The translations under genes and the position numbers were made by a program. Below are positions 1 to 10,653 of a stretch of DNA of 64,000 bases, in pieces. Below the pieces are notes generated by a model. The model was not told where the DNA came from. It did no database searches and worked only from the letters and a program-made list of their open reading frames with translations. Numbering within the stretch: the stretch's first letter is position 1; every line of letters starts with the position of its first letter. The stretch spans positions 778,033 through 842,032 of the forward strand of contig NZ_LN898221.1 of NCBI RefSeq assembly GCF_001457815.1, given 5' to 3'. The stretch comes from Vitreoscilla massiliensis. GTDB lineage: Bacteria > Pseudomonadota > Gammaproteobacteria > Burkholderiales > Neisseriaceae.

Positions 1-7
1 GCAAGAC

Positions 8-772
8 TTGTATACCTTGGCCGAACTCAGAGATGGGCAGCAATACAATCTGGAGCCGTGGTGTGTGCGCTATGAAGGCCGCTATGAAGTCGATGCCGAG
101 GCCTTGCGCAGCTTGTCTGTGGGCACGCAAGTGTTGCCTGAGACGGTGGTGCGGGTGTTGAAACTGAAATGGCTGAGCCTGCTGCGCAATCCTTACAATG
201 CGCAACACTTTATGCTGCGCCATTTGAGTGCGGCATGGCAGCACGGCTTGGCGCAGTTTGCGCAAGAATTGCAACCGCACCTGCACGAGCGCGATGACCG
301 AGCGCGCTTTCGCTTGGCCAAGCAATTCGGCTTTACCGATAGCGCCTATGTATCGTGGTTAAGCTTTTTGTATGCCTTGCTCAGCGATGCCGTTGCCCAG
401 CCGTCATGGCTGGAGCGCCTCACCGATTTGCTCATCCGCCACCCTGCTGTGCGCATCGAATTGTTCCAAGACCGTGAGCACGCTTACCACACCGTGTTTG
501 CCGATACCGGTTTTGCCTTACAGGCCGCTGCTACAGGTCTGAGCATCGGTTTTGGCACAGACAGCCACCATTGGTTAATATGCCACATCCCTGAGGCGCA
601 TTGGCAAAACTTGGCGCAGTGTTTGTGTGAGCCCGCGCCTGCGGTGGGCGAGCAAAGCCTGCACGTGTTCGCGGCCGATGCCAGCCAAGCGCAGTTATTC
701 AATGAGTTGATGTACAAAAATGCCGAACAATATGTGTATGCGCAAGTGGAAGCTGGCGCACGCATCACTTAA
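8..772 (+). CDS. Hypothetical protein, probably 5'-truncated by the window edge (the frame is open to position 1)
   Basis: Long ORF with protein-like composition. It ends just before an inverted uptake-motif terminator. No recognisable family. Confidence 0.45.
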   Translation: MYTLAELRDGQQYNLEPWCVRYEGRYEVDAEALRSLSVGTQVLPETVVRVLKLKWLSLLRNPYNAQHFMLRHLSAAWQHGLAQFAQELQPHLHERDDRARFRLAKQFGFTDSAYVSWLSFLYALLSDAVAQPSWLERLTDLLIRHPAVRIELFQDREHAYHTVFADTGFALQAAATGLSIGFGTDSHHWLICHIPEAHWQNLAQCLCEPAPAVGEQSLHVFAADASQAQLFNELMYKNAEQYVYAQVEAGARIT

Positions 773-810
773 AGCGGCCTGTAAACATCTGGCTAGAATT
801 TACAGGCCGC
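772..810. terminator. Inverted pair of the uptake-like motif (AAGCGGCCTGTAAAC...TTTACAGGCCGC) forming a hairpin
   Basis: Perfect inverted repeat seen immediately after the stop of the 8..772 ORF. Confidence 0.6.
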
Positions 811-824
811 ACAGTCGATGAATT

Positions 825-1241
825 GTGGACTGTGTGAAGCATGAACCTCATGCCCTACACCTATTGCTTATGAACCTGTCTAGTCATTTAAATGCCTATG
901 GAGGGAAGCGCGTGGATTTTGAGGCCGCATTGACACTGTTGCTGCAAGACTTTGCCCAAGCAAGCAGTCAGCAAAAAACCATTGCATTGCAAGTCTTAGC
1001 CGACTTTTTGCCACTGTCGTCGCCACAGCAACCGCCATGTTCGCAAGCCGTTTTACATGCCTTGCTCGATGCGGCCATCAGCTGTTTTGTGACAGAGCAA
1101 GATAACGATATACAAGAAGCGCTGGCGACGCTGATACGCAATGCCTCGGTTTATGTGGGCGTACTGCCGCGCCAAGACGCCAGACTGTGTGCATGGCTGC
1201 AAGCGCAGCAAGATGATGTGTGGCATGGCTATTTCAGTTAG
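825..1241 (+). CDS. Hypothetical protein
   Basis: ORF of 138 aa followed by an inverted uptake-motif terminator. No family recognised. Confidence 0.4.
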   Translation: MDCVKHEPHALHLLLMNLSSHLNAYGGKRVDFEAALTLLLQDFAQASSQQKTIALQVLADFLPLSSPQQPPCSQAVLHALLDAAISCFVTEQDNDIQEALATLIRNASVYVGVLPRQDARLCAWLQAQQDDVWHGYFS

Positions 1242-1261
1242 ACCCCACACGCAAACATAAC

Positions 1262-1301
1262 AAGCGGCCTGTAAACTCCAAAATGGGTTTACAGGCCGCT
1301 T
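1262..1301. terminator. Inverted uptake-motif pair (AAGCGGCCTGTAAACTCCAAAATGGGTTTACAGGCCGCTT). Bidirectional terminator between convergent genes
   Basis: Perfect inverted repeat between 825..1241 (+) and 1335..2501 (-). Confidence 0.6.
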
Positions 1302-1334
1302 CTTATGTACAACGATGCATGATGTGCGTTGGCT

Positions 1335-2501
1335 TTAACCCAAACGCCCAGTCGGCACCACTTGATGCGCTTGTTGCCAGCGCGTGCACAGTAAAAACGC
1401 CACGCTCAAGCCGACCAAGCCGTACAGCAAACCATTGCTGCCCAAGGCATGCATCAAGCCATTGCTGATGAGGGGGCCGGTCAAACTGCCCACGCCCCAG
1501 ACGATGCCGATGGCGGCATTGGCCGCGACCAAGTCTTGGCCTTCAAAATGGCCGCCGACGCGGATTAAACCCAGTGTGTACAGACCGCCGGCGCTGGCGC
1601 CCAATAACAGCAACAACGGCCACAACAGCATCCCGCCCATCACCCACGGCAATAACAGCAAAAACACGATGAAAAAACGGGCGCAATAGCTGTGCACACG
1701 TTTGGCGCCGAAGCGGTCGGCCAACCAGCCCAACGGCATTTGAAACAGTGCATCACCGATGAACAACACGCTCACCGCCAATACTGCCGCCTGTTCGCTC
1801 AAACCGTATTGCAAGCCATACAAAGGCAATAAGGCCAACATGGCGGTGTCGAAAAATGCGAAGGTGAAGATTGCCAGTATCACTGCTGGCGCAAACCGGA
1901 TGACGGCCAATGGTGTCATGCTGTGTTGGGTATTGTCTTCTCCCAAAGCCATTTCACACTTGCTTGGCAGCAACAAGGCAAAACCGAGCACGTTGCAGGC
2001 AAAGGCAATCCACAACGGCCACACCGCATTGGAACCGAACCACGCCAAGATGCTGGGGCCGGCCACTTGGCAGATGGTGTACATGGTGGCATACGCAGCG
2101 ACGCAGCGGCCGCGCCACCTCGGCGCTGAAATCACATTCACCCATGTCTCACCCAACACCACCAACAAACCACAGCCCACGCCCATCATGAAACGCCATG
2201 CCATCAGCCACAGCAAATCATCGGTGAACGCAATCGCCAAAATGCTGAGTGCACTCAGACCCGAAGCAAACAACAACAGCCATTTGTTGGCGATGCGTTT
2301 GGACAAACGGTGAGCGCACACAGACGCCAGCAACATGCCTATGGCCGGCATGGCGGCGGCGATGCCCAACCAATCGCTGGCGACACCGCGCTGACTCAAT
2401 AACAAACTGACTAAGGGGATGGTTAAACCGGTACTCAAACCTACGATGGACACGCTGGCAAATAAGGCCACCATGTCCAAGCTGAGCCAAGACTTCTTCA
2501 C
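1335..2501 (-). CDS. MFS-family transporter
   Basis: 388 aa, about 12 predicted hydrophobic helices, MFS-like G/A-rich loop motifs. Confidence 0.75.
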   Translation of the reverse strand: MKKSWLSLDMVALFASVSIVGLSTGLTIPLVSLLLSQRGVASDWLGIAAAMPAIGMLLASVCAHRLSKRIANKWLLLFASGLSALSILAIAFTDDLLWLMAWRFMMGVGCGLLVVLGETWVNVISAPRWRGRCVAAYATMYTICQVAGPSILAWFGSNAVWPLWIAFACNVLGFALLLPSKCEMALGEDNTQHSMTPLAVIRFAPAVILAIFTFAFFDTAMLALLPLYGLQYGLSEQAAVLAVSVLFIGDALFQMPLGWLADRFGAKRVHSYCARFFIVFLLLLPWVMGGMLLWPLLLLLGASAGGLYTLGLIRVGGHFEGQDLVAANAAIGIVWGVGSLTGPLISNGLMHALGSNGLLYGLVGLSVAFLLCTRWQQAHQVVPTGRLG

Positions 2502-2624
2502 AAAACACCAACAAACATATCTGATAAGAGGCCGATATTATCCCATAGCGGCACTCTATTTACAATTTAATGTTTTAAAAGAAATATTTACAGGCCGCAT
2601 CAAACATACGACCAGACAAGACGC

Positions 2625-2996
2625 TTATTGCAAGGTGACATCGGCTTTTAAACTGAATTGTGGGATGGCAACAGTAAATCGTTCACCTGTAATCGTTTCA
2701 AATTCATAATGCCCAACCATCTCGCCCCAAGGCGTGTGCAAACGCGCACTGCTGGTGTAATCAAATTCATCGTTGGGTGCCAGCGTCGGCGTTTCACCGA
2801 CCACGCCCTCGCCTTTGACCTCTTCAACGCGACCCAAGGCATCGGTGATGCGCCAATAGCGTTTTTTCAAGGTCACGGTTTGGTCGCCGCGGTTTTCGAT
2901 GGTGATGTGATAGGCAAACACATACTCATCGCGCAACATGTCGCTGTATTCGGGTAAAAAACGCGGCTCTACCGCCACCACTATTGCTCTGACCAT
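2625..2996 (-). CDS. apaG: ApaG (DUF525) protein
   Basis: 123 aa. Motifs HITIEN...WRITDALGRVEEVKGEGVVGETP are typical of ApaG. Confidence 0.8.
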   Translation of the reverse strand: MVRAIVVAVEPRFLPEYSDMLRDEYVFAYHITIENRGDQTVTLKKRYWRITDALGRVEEVKGEGVVGETPTLAPNDEFDYTSSARLHTPWGEMVGHYEFETITGERFTVAIPQFSLKADVTLQ

Positions 2997-3467
2997 TTAC
3001 GCCACCACCATCCAAACCACGCCCATCACCAATAACACAAACAGCGCTGCGATAATGTCGTCGAGCATGATGCCAAAACCGCCGTGCACACGCTGGTCAA
3101 ACCAGCGTATCGGCCACGGTTTAATCGCATCAAACAAACGAAACAACACAAACGCCAACACCCACCACCAAAAGCCGTCGGGCGTCCACGCCAATACCAA
3201 TAACATCGCGACGATTTCATCCCAGACGATGCCACCGTAGTCTTGTATGCCCAAGGCTTGCTCGGTGTAATCGCACACATACACGCCAAACGCAAACAAC
3301 AAGATGGCAATCACCGTGATGCCCCAAGAGCCAAAGCCGCAGGCCAGCAACAAGCCCGCCAACGGCAGTGCTGGCAGCGTGCCAAACGTACCGGGAGCGA
3401 CCGGCGCCAAACCCGTACCAAAACCGAAACCCAAGAAACACAGCGGTCGTTGCAGCAACCAAGCCAT
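2997..3467 (-). CDS. pgpA: Phosphatidylglycerophosphatase A
   Basis: C-terminal WFDQRVHGGFGIMLDDIIAALF motif. Conserved thiL-pgpA adjacency. Start chosen at the MAWLLQRP methionine. Confidence 0.75.
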   Translation of the reverse strand: MAWLLQRPLCFLGFGFGTGLAPVAPGTFGTLPALPLAGLLLACGFGSWGITVIAILLFAFGVYVCDYTEQALGIQDYGGIVWDEIVAMLLVLAWTPDGFWWWVLAFVLFRLFDAIKPWPIRWFDQRVHGGFGIMLDDIIAALFVLLVMGVVWMVVA

Positions 3468-3486
3468 GCTCGGGCGTGTGTGAGTA

Positions 3487-4440
3487 TTATTCAAAATGAT
3501 CAAATCCTTTGTGTGTGAGCACCACTTCTTCGCCGCTGGCATCTATCAGTTTCAGGCCGGTGTCCGCCGTTATCTTGCCAACCAAAGTCACCGCAGTTTG
3601 GCTATCGGCCGCCAGCGCCATGATGGCCTCGCGCGCGGTTGCTGGCGCGGTGAACACCAATTCGTAATCGTCACCGCCGGCGCACACCCACTGTTGCCAC
3701 TGCTCATACTGTTTCAATTCTGGCAAAGTTGGTAAGGCATCGACATTCACCACCGCACCGACTTGCGATGCCGTCAAAATGTGTTGCAAATCTTGGGCAA
3801 AGCCATCGGACACGTCTTGCGCCGCGTGTGCCAAAGTCAATAAGCCTTGTCCCAAAGCCACCCGCGCTTGCGGGCGCAAACGCGCGGCTTCACACATTGT
3901 AAAGACATCGTCGTCCAAATGCACTTCATTCCAGTGGTCATACAAGGCGGCGCAGGCCAAACCCAAACGGCCGCTGACCCACACATCGTCGCCCACTTCT
4001 GCAGCCGCGCGGCGCAAACCCAAGCCTTGCGGCGTTTGTCCCATGATGGTCACATTGAATGCCCAATCGCCACGGGTGGTGTCGCCGCCGACCAATTGCA
4101 AACCATGCGCATCGGCCAAGGCGAACAAACTGTCGCAAAATGCCCGCACCCATGCCTCATCCAATTGCGGCAAGGCCACACTCAAAGTCGCCCATTTCGG
4201 GGTCGCGCCCATCGCCGCCATGTCCGACAAATTCACCGCCAACACCTTGTGCGCCAAGTCAGCAGGTTTAACATCGGTGAAAAAATGGCGGCCACCCAAT
4301 AACATGTCACTGCTGATGTGGATGTCCAAACCCGCTTGCGGGCGGATGATGGCGGCATCATCGCCTATGCCCAACACCACTTGCTCATCCTTGTCTTGTC
4401 TGGCGACTAGGTATTGTTTTATAAAATCAAATTCTTTCAT
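3487..4440 (-). CDS. thiL: Thiamine-monophosphate kinase
   Basis: 317 aa. N-terminal FDFIKQY...GIGDDAAI and AIR-synthase-like fold signature. Confidence 0.85.
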   Translation of the reverse strand: MKEFDFIKQYLVARQDKDEQVVLGIGDDAAIIRPQAGLDIHISSDMLLGGRHFFTDVKPADLAHKVLAVNLSDMAAMGATPKWATLSVALPQLDEAWVRAFCDSLFALADAHGLQLVGGDTTRGDWAFNVTIMGQTPQGLGLRRAAAEVGDDVWVSGRLGLACAALYDHWNEVHLDDDVFTMCEAARLRPQARVALGQGLLTLAHAAQDVSDGFAQDLQHILTASQVGAVVNVDALPTLPELKQYEQWQQWVCAGGDDYELVFTAPATAREAIMALAADSQTAVTLVGKITADTGLKLIDASGEEVVLTHKGFDHFE

Positions 4441-4631
4441 GCATGATCCAAACTGTGTTGCTTAATGGGGGCTCTGCCATCGTTACAGGCCGCTTGCGTT
4501 CGCGCAAACAGGCGCGTTTTTAATGTGAGCTTAAGTAAACATTGTACTGCATTGCAACGTAAACACTGCAAAAAGCGCTATAATCGCGCTTTCTTTTGTT
4601 CCACACCCAGCTTGGTAAAGAGACCACCACC

Positions 4632-5492
4632 ATGAGCGACATAGATTTACAAAAAATTTATTCAGGTAAAGTTCGCGATTTGTACGCCATAGACGACAAA
4701 CGCATGTTAATGGTTGCCACCGACCGTTTATCTGCATTTGATGTGATTTTGGATGAGCCGATTCCAACCAAAGGCGAAATTTTGACGCAAATTTCCAATT
4801 TTTGGTTCGACTACTTAAAAGACGTGATGCCCAACCATTTCATCGGCCAAACCGTATACGATGTTTTGCCCGAAGCCCAAGCGCGCGAGTATGAAAAACG
4901 CGCCGTGGTGGTGAAAAAACTGACCCCGATCAAAATCGAAGCCATTGTGCGCGGTTATTTGGCTGGCAGCGGTTGGAAAGACTACCAAAACACCGGCAAA
5001 TTGTGTGGCATAGACTTGCCAGAGGGTTTGCAACAAGCACAGCAATTGCCTGAAGTGGTATTTACCCCTTCTACCAAAGCCGCTGTGGGCGAACACGACG
5101 AAAACATTTCGTTTGCTGAGGCTGCTGCAATCATCGGCGAAGACTTGGCGCGCCAAGTGCAAACCAAAGCGATAGAATTGTACAAAAAAGCCGCTGCCTA
5201 CGCCGAAAGCCGTGGCATCATCATTTGCGACACCAAATTTGAATTTGGTACCGATGAAAACGGTACTTTGATTTTGATGGATGAAGTATTGACCCCTGAC
5301 TCAAGCCGCTTCTGGCCTGCAGACCAATACGAAGTGGGCACCAACCCACCTTCATTCGACAAACAATTTGTGCGCGACTGGTTAGAAGCTTCTGGCTGGA
5401 ACAAGCAAGCACCTGCACCGAAAGTCCCTGCAGACGTGATTGCCAAAACCGTGGCCAAATACGAAGAAGCTTTGCACTTGCTCACCAAGTAA
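4632..5492 (+). CDS. purC: Phosphoribosylaminoimidazole-succinocarboxamide synthase (SAICAR synthetase, long form)
   Basis: YSGKVRDLY...ATDRLSAFD N-terminal motifs. A TATAAT box at about 4580 precedes it. Confidence 0.9.
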   Translation: MSDIDLQKIYSGKVRDLYAIDDKRMLMVATDRLSAFDVILDEPIPTKGEILTQISNFWFDYLKDVMPNHFIGQTVYDVLPEAQAREYEKRAVVVKKLTPIKIEAIVRGYLAGSGWKDYQNTGKLCGIDLPEGLQQAQQLPEVVFTPSTKAAVGEHDENISFAEAAAIIGEDLARQVQTKAIELYKKAAAYAESRGIIICDTKFEFGTDENGTLILMDEVLTPDSSRFWPADQYEVGTNPPSFDKQFVRDWLEASGWNKQAPAPKVPADVIAKTVAKYEEALHLLTK

Positions 5493-5499
5493 TGTTGCA

Positions 5500-7731
5500 A
5501 TGATCAAGAAGTTACGTTCGGGGAAGTTTTGGCTCAAACTGGTGTTTGGCGGTTTTGTGACATGGTTATTGTTGATGTCGGCCGGCTACGCCATTTCGGT
5601 ATGGGGATTGAGCGATGCACGCATCCAATCCGCCTTACAGCAAGCCATGCCTACAGGCCGCAACATCCACATCGGTGAAATTTCCAACCGCGGTTGGCTG
5701 CCTTACCCGAGCGTGACTTTACACAATGTCAATATCTCTTACCCCAATCGCACCACGCCGCAATTCAAACTGAAAGAATTGCAAATTGGCTTAAGCTGGA
5801 ACAGCTTGTTTGGCCATGCCAAAGTCAAAAAACTGCGTTTGGTGCAACCCGAATTCAACATCGCCCGTTTGCATGACAACACTTGGAATATGGACGATTT
5901 TTACCAAAACCCGCGTGCCACCGCTGGCATAGACGATTTGGAAATCATCGACGGGGTCTTGCAAGTGCAAGAAACCCATCACAGCTACGAATTGAACAGC
6001 GTCAACGCTTCTATTGAGAATTGGCAAAGTGCCAAAAGCACGCTGCATCTGGCGTTTGACTGGAATTCAGCCTTACTTGGCAAACAACAAGTCAATTTAG
6101 AAGCACCGTTGCAAAAGACCGCGCTAGGCTTTAGCAGCAAAGACGTGCGCATCCAAATCGACAATGTCTTGCCCGAAGTCGGCGCAGTAACCTGGTATGC
6201 CAACGCGCAAATGGCGCACCAATGGTTGCCACACCGCAGCGATTTCAGCAACATCAACATCAATGGCAGCGACGAGGCCAACGGTTTTAAAGCCAATTTC
6301 AGCATTCCCAAAGCCAGTTGGCAAAAAATTTGGAAACTGAGCCAAGCCAGTGGCGTGGCGCAGTGGACAGACAGCAACCAGCGCACCAATACCGCCACCC
6401 TCAAACTCAGCCCGACCGAAATCAGCAGCCAACACTTCAAGAGCGAAGACAGCAGCATTGATTTTCTGTCCAAATCGGCGAAAGAAACGCTGTCGGTCAA
6501 GGCCAATGGCCGGTTTGAAGTGCAAAGCAGCGGCCAATTCATGTTCAACAATTGGCAAATCAGCAGCCGCCAAACCGACATGAATCTGCAAACCGATGCC
6601 TTATTCCGCAGCGAAGGTGTGATCAATGCGTTTGGCAACATCCACAAGCAATGGCACGCCACTTGGGATGGCAAGTTTGACGACGACATGCTCAAAATCG
6701 AGCTCAATGCCAACGACAACAAGCAATTGGACATGGATGTGGTGGCGCAACATTTGGATTTGGAGCGCTACCAAAACTGGTTAAACCCGCCACTTGCCAA
6801 CAATAGCACTGCCAGCGAAACGGCGATTTCGGCCCGTCCTGATTCCGCACCAGTGGATGCCAGTGACAGCAATGCCGACCGCAACAACGCACCACAGGCC
6901 GAATGGTGGGTGTGGTGGAGCAAGCTGCCGAGCGATTGGCATTTGAACGGTTCCATCGATGTGGCGAGTTTGATTACCAAGCAAATGCAATTGGCGCAAG
7001 TGCACACCGACATAGACTTGAGCCGCGACAGCTTCAAAGCGTTTAACATCACCGCCGAAGCCTATGGTGGGCAGTTACAGGCCGCTGTAGAAATCCCACG
7101 CGCCGCCGAAGCCGCCAACACCATGCAATTGCAATTGCAAAACATGCAAGTGCAGCCGTGGCTGCAACACTGGCAAGAATACAACCGTTTAAGTGGCACC
7201 GGCAGTTTGGTGTTGAAAGCCACTGCCATCGGCAATCGCTGGGAAGACGTGCAAGACAGCCTCAATGGTGACTTCAGTTTTGAGCTCAAAGACGGCCATT
7301 TCCAAGGCATTGCACTGGAAAGCCTGCTCGAAAAAACCGGCAATAACAACATGCAATTGAAACTCGAAGACGGTGCCGAAACCGATTTCGATGTGTTCAA
7401 AAGCCACAGCAGCATCAAAAACGGCGTGTTCCAAACCGACATCGTCGATTTGAGCATGCCCATGGGTTTGCAATTGAGTGGCGAAGGCCGCTACCACTTG
7501 CCCAATAACAAAATGGATTACCATTTGAAGTTTGGCCAAAGCCTGATTGAAAAAGCGGCCTTGCCGCTGCGCATCTCTGGCCCGTTACAACAACCGATGT
7601 TTGCGCTGGATTACCAAACCCTGACCAAGGGCTTGACCAATTCTACCGACAAATCCAATGCCGTGCGCGAAGCCTTGAAACGCCAATGGCAGCTGTGGCA
7701 AATGCCGGAATTGCCTACTGGCAAACCATGA
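5500..7731 (+). CDS. AsmA-family outer-membrane biogenesis protein
   Basis: About 740 aa, N-terminal membrane anchor, repetitive beta-rich body typical of the AsmA/TamB-like family. Confidence 0.7.
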   Translation: MIKKLRSGKFWLKLVFGGFVTWLLLMSAGYAISVWGLSDARIQSALQQAMPTGRNIHIGEISNRGWLPYPSVTLHNVNISYPNRTTPQFKLKELQIGLSWNSLFGHAKVKKLRLVQPEFNIARLHDNTWNMDDFYQNPRATAGIDDLEIIDGVLQVQETHHSYELNSVNASIENWQSAKSTLHLAFDWNSALLGKQQVNLEAPLQKTALGFSSKDVRIQIDNVLPEVGAVTWYANAQMAHQWLPHRSDFSNININGSDEANGFKANFSIPKASWQKIWKLSQASGVAQWTDSNQRTNTATLKLSPTEISSQHFKSEDSSIDFLSKSAKETLSVKANGRFEVQSSGQFMFNNWQISSRQTDMNLQTDALFRSEGVINAFGNIHKQWHATWDGKFDDDMLKIELNANDNKQLDMDVVAQHLDLERYQNWLNPPLANNSTASETAISARPDSAPVDASDSNADRNNAPQAEWWVWWSKLPSDWHLNGSIDVASLITKQMQLAQVHTDIDLSRDSFKAFNITAEAYGGQLQAAVEIPRAAEAANTMQLQLQNMQVQPWLQHWQEYNRLSGTGSLVLKATAIGNRWEDVQDSLNGDFSFELKDGHFQGIALESLLEKTGNNNMQLKLEDGAETDFDVFKSHSSIKNGVFQTDIVDLSMPMGLQLSGEGRYHLPNNKMDYHLKFGQSLIEKAALPLRISGPLQQPMFALDYQTLTKGLTNSTDKSNAVREALKRQWQLWQMPELPTGKP

Positions 7732-7760
7732 GTGCGGCCGCGTCCAAACCGTGGTTGGCC

Positions 7761-8963
7761 ATGCCTAATAAGCGGCCTGTAAACCATGTCATCGTGATAG
7801 GTGGCGGCATTGCCGGCGCGTTTACCGCCCATGTGTTTGCCCAACATGGCATTGCCGTCACACTGCTAGAACAAGACACCATCGCCAGCGGCGCTTCGGG
7901 CAACCACCAAGGCTTGCTCTACGCCAAAATCTCCGCCGCCGACACCCCACAAAACCAATTGCTGCAACTGGCTTATCCGTTTGTGTTGCAACACTTACAG
8001 GCCGAGTTTGCCAAGGCCGAGTTTTGGCACAGTTGCGGTTTGCTACAGCAAGCGTTTAGCCCACAAGAAGCGCAGCGCCAACACAAACTATTGCAGCGAG
8101 CCAGCGCCGATTTTGACGCATGGCAAGGCCAGAATCCCGATTTACAGCGCTTATTGCCTGATGCCACTGGTGTGTGGTGGCCACAAGGCGCGTGGGTGAG
8201 CCCACCGCTGTGGATACAAGCGCTGCTGCAACATCCGCTCATTCATGTGCATGAACACAGCCCTGTTACTGCTTTACAGGCCGCTCAAGCAGACATTTGG
8301 CATGTACACACTGCTCATGGCGAAGTGCACTCGGCCTCACATGTCATTGTTTGCAATGGCGCTGCGGCCGACACCTTTGCCCAAACCCAACACCTGCAAT
8401 TGCGCCGCATCCGTGGCCAAGTCGCGTATGCCGCCAGCGATGCGTGCAGCTCAGCATTAAGCGCCGCCATCAGCGCCGCCCATTACCTCACCCCTGCCTT
8501 TGCTGGCAAACACACGTTTGGTGCCAGTTTTGTGTTCGGTGACGATAACACCGCGTTTCGCATATCTGAACACCAACACAATCTGCACGGTTTGGCCGAG
8601 ATTTTGCCCGACATTGCCGCAGGTTTTGCCACACAAGCGCCGCAAGGGCGCGCGTCTGTGCGCGCCGACAGCATAGACCATTTGCCCGTGGTCGGGCCGG
8701 TGGGCCAAGCCGAGGCGATGCGCCAGTTGTATGCCAAACTGGCTTTGGATAAGAATTACCGCTTACAGGCCGCTTGTCCGTATTGGGAAGGTTTGTGGCT
8801 AAACTGTGCGCATGGCACCCGCGGTATGCTAACCGCACCACTTTCTGCGTACCATCTGGCGAAACAAATCCTAGAGCAAAAATCCGTTTTGCCTCAAACA
8901 CTTCAGCACTGTTTGCACCCTAATCGCTTGTTAATCCGCCAATTAATTTACGCAAATGCTTAG
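7761..8963 (+). CDS. FAD-dependent oxidoreductase (DAO family, resembling the MnmC C-terminal oxidase domain)
   Basis: N-terminal VIVIGGGIAGAF dinucleotide-binding motif. About 400 aa. An uptake motif is embedded at the start and encodes NKRPVN. Confidence 0.6.
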   Translation: MPNKRPVNHVIVIGGGIAGAFTAHVFAQHGIAVTLLEQDTIASGASGNHQGLLYAKISAADTPQNQLLQLAYPFVLQHLQAEFAKAEFWHSCGLLQQAFSPQEAQRQHKLLQRASADFDAWQGQNPDLQRLLPDATGVWWPQGAWVSPPLWIQALLQHPLIHVHEHSPVTALQAAQADIWHVHTAHGEVHSASHVIVCNGAAADTFAQTQHLQLRRIRGQVAYAASDACSSALSAAISAAHYLTPAFAGKHTFGASFVFGDDNTAFRISEHQHNLHGLAEILPDIAAGFATQAPQGRASVRADSIDHLPVVGPVGQAEAMRQLYAKLALDKNYRLQAACPYWEGLWLNCAHGTRGMLTAPLSAYHLAKQILEQKSVLPQTLQHCLHPNRLLIRQLIYANA

Positions 8964-8979
8964 CATAATGCTATGACAT

Positions 8980-10620
8980 TTGGGGTCTGGCATGTATGAT
9001 GAAGTCAGCCCAATCAATTGTCAGGATGTTTTGAGCATGACTTTGCCGCAGTCAGACAACCCCAAGCCAGCAACAGATTCTTGCCGCCCCGACGGCTTTC
9101 TGTCTGAACGCATCAGCGACAAAGCCGAGCATGTGTTTGCACGCTCATCCAGCGCCCAACTCACCACCGACAACCACATCACTTGCTTGCTCGACAGCCG
9201 CGAAAATTTTCCCGCTTGGCTCACCGCCTTACAACACGCCGAACACTCCATCTGCATCGAAATGTACATCTTCGCCACCGACGCCTTTGGCCAGCAAGTG
9301 CGCGAGGTATTGCTTGAGCGTTTGGCACACGGTGTACAGGTATTTGTGATTTACGATTGGGTGGGCAGCATAGGCGCACACTGCAAACGCTTTTTCCAGC
9401 CTTTAATCAAAGCAGGCGCCAAGGTTCACGCTTACAATAAATTGGGACTGACCACAGGCTTGTCGCTGTTGGGGCGCAACCACCGCAAGTCGTTCACCAT
9501 AGACCAGAAAGTGGCGTTTGTCAGCGGCTTGTGCATCTCCTCGCAATGGGATGGCAATGCCAAACAAGGCATTTCGCCGTGGCGCGATACCGGCTTGATG
9601 TTGCAAGGCCCCATCGTCCAAGACGTGTTAAACGCATTCTTAGACACATGGGTTTCCATGGGTTTGACCCAGCCAGACATCTTGTTACAGGCCGCCCCTA
9701 CTGACGACCAAACCCAAGTCGATGACTATGCCGCAGACATCGCTGCGCACAACGATGCCGAAATGGGCAAACCGAAAAGCTTCGCCAATGCCCGCTTGGT
9801 CGCCACCACCGCGTCCAATGCCAATATGATGCGCTTGGATTTGCTGGCTGTGAGCATGGCGCGCAAAACGCTGTGGATTACCGATGCCTATTTCATGCCC
9901 ACACGCATGTATGTGCAAGGCTTGATCAATGCCGCCAAAGACGGCGTGGACGTGCGCATTTTGGTGCCCAGTACCTCAGACATACGCTGGATAGGCGCGG
10001 TATCGCGCACCCAATACCGCACCTTGCTTGAAGCCGGTGTGCGCGTGTTTGAATGGAATGGCTCGATGATACACGCCAAGATGTCGGTGGTAGACGGCGT
10101 GTGGGCACGCGTCGGCTCTACCAATTTGAATTTCTCCAGCTGGTTCGCCAACCGCGAATTGGACGTGGCCATAGAAGATGGCCCTACTGTCGCTTACTTA
10201 GAACAATGCTATTTACACGATTTGGCCAACAGCACCGAAGTGGTGTTGGATGAAAAATCCCAAGCGCGCTTGGTGGCCGAACGTGAGCGCAACCATTATA
10301 AACAAACCTTGAAATCGGGCTTAAACCGCACCCAACGCCAAAAAGCGCTGCAAAAAATGGCGCAAATCAGTGGTGCTTTGGACTCGATGTTACATGGTTC
10401 GCGTGTGATTGATACCAATGAAGCTTGGGCTTATTTAAGCATAGGCTTGGCTTTGTTGGTGTTTGCTGTGCTGCTGTATTTTTTGCCGCAATTGTTGCTG
10501 TGGCCGGTGCTGTTTTTGTTGGTTGTGGGCGGTGGTGCTGCCACGGTTCATGCTTGCAAACGGTTATACCAATTGCGTCAAACCTCGTTGTCCAACAGTA
10601 ATAACCCTTCCAAGCAGTAA
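8980..10620 (+). CDS. Phospholipase D / cardiolipin synthase family protein with two HKD motifs and C-terminal transmembrane helices
   Basis: HRKSFTIDQ and HAKMSVVDG (HxKxxxxD, twice). Hydrophobic C-terminus. Confidence 0.75.
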   Translation: MGSGMYDEVSPINCQDVLSMTLPQSDNPKPATDSCRPDGFLSERISDKAEHVFARSSSAQLTTDNHITCLLDSRENFPAWLTALQHAEHSICIEMYIFATDAFGQQVREVLLERLAHGVQVFVIYDWVGSIGAHCKRFFQPLIKAGAKVHAYNKLGLTTGLSLLGRNHRKSFTIDQKVAFVSGLCISSQWDGNAKQGISPWRDTGLMLQGPIVQDVLNAFLDTWVSMGLTQPDILLQAAPTDDQTQVDDYAADIAAHNDAEMGKPKSFANARLVATTASNANMMRLDLLAVSMARKTLWITDAYFMPTRMYVQGLINAAKDGVDVRILVPSTSDIRWIGAVSRTQYRTLLEAGVRVFEWNGSMIHAKMSVVDGVWARVGSTNLNFSSWFANRELDVAIEDGPTVAYLEQCYLHDLANSTEVVLDEKSQARLVAERERNHYKQTLKSGLNRTQRQKALQKMAQISGALDSMLHGSRVIDTNEAWAYLSIGLALLVFAVLLYFLPQLLLWPVLFLLVVGGGAATVHACKRLYQLRQTSLSNSNNPSKQ

Positions 10621-10653
10621 TTACAACAAGCCAAATATTGAGGAGAGCGGATT

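Noticed and set aside
1220-1468. ORF of 82 aa containing the peptide KRPVN, and similar short ORFs at 15293..15679 and 59037..59393
   Set aside because: They exist only because the uptake-like motif AAGCGGCCTGTAAAC has an open frame encoding KRPVN. They overlap terminators and real genes on the other strand. Not genes.
4470-4500. Possible PurR box (GCGCAAACAGGCGCG) upstream of purC
   Set aside because: Only a weak half-site match. The palindrome here is more simply explained by the adjacent uptake motif and a GC-rich hairpin.
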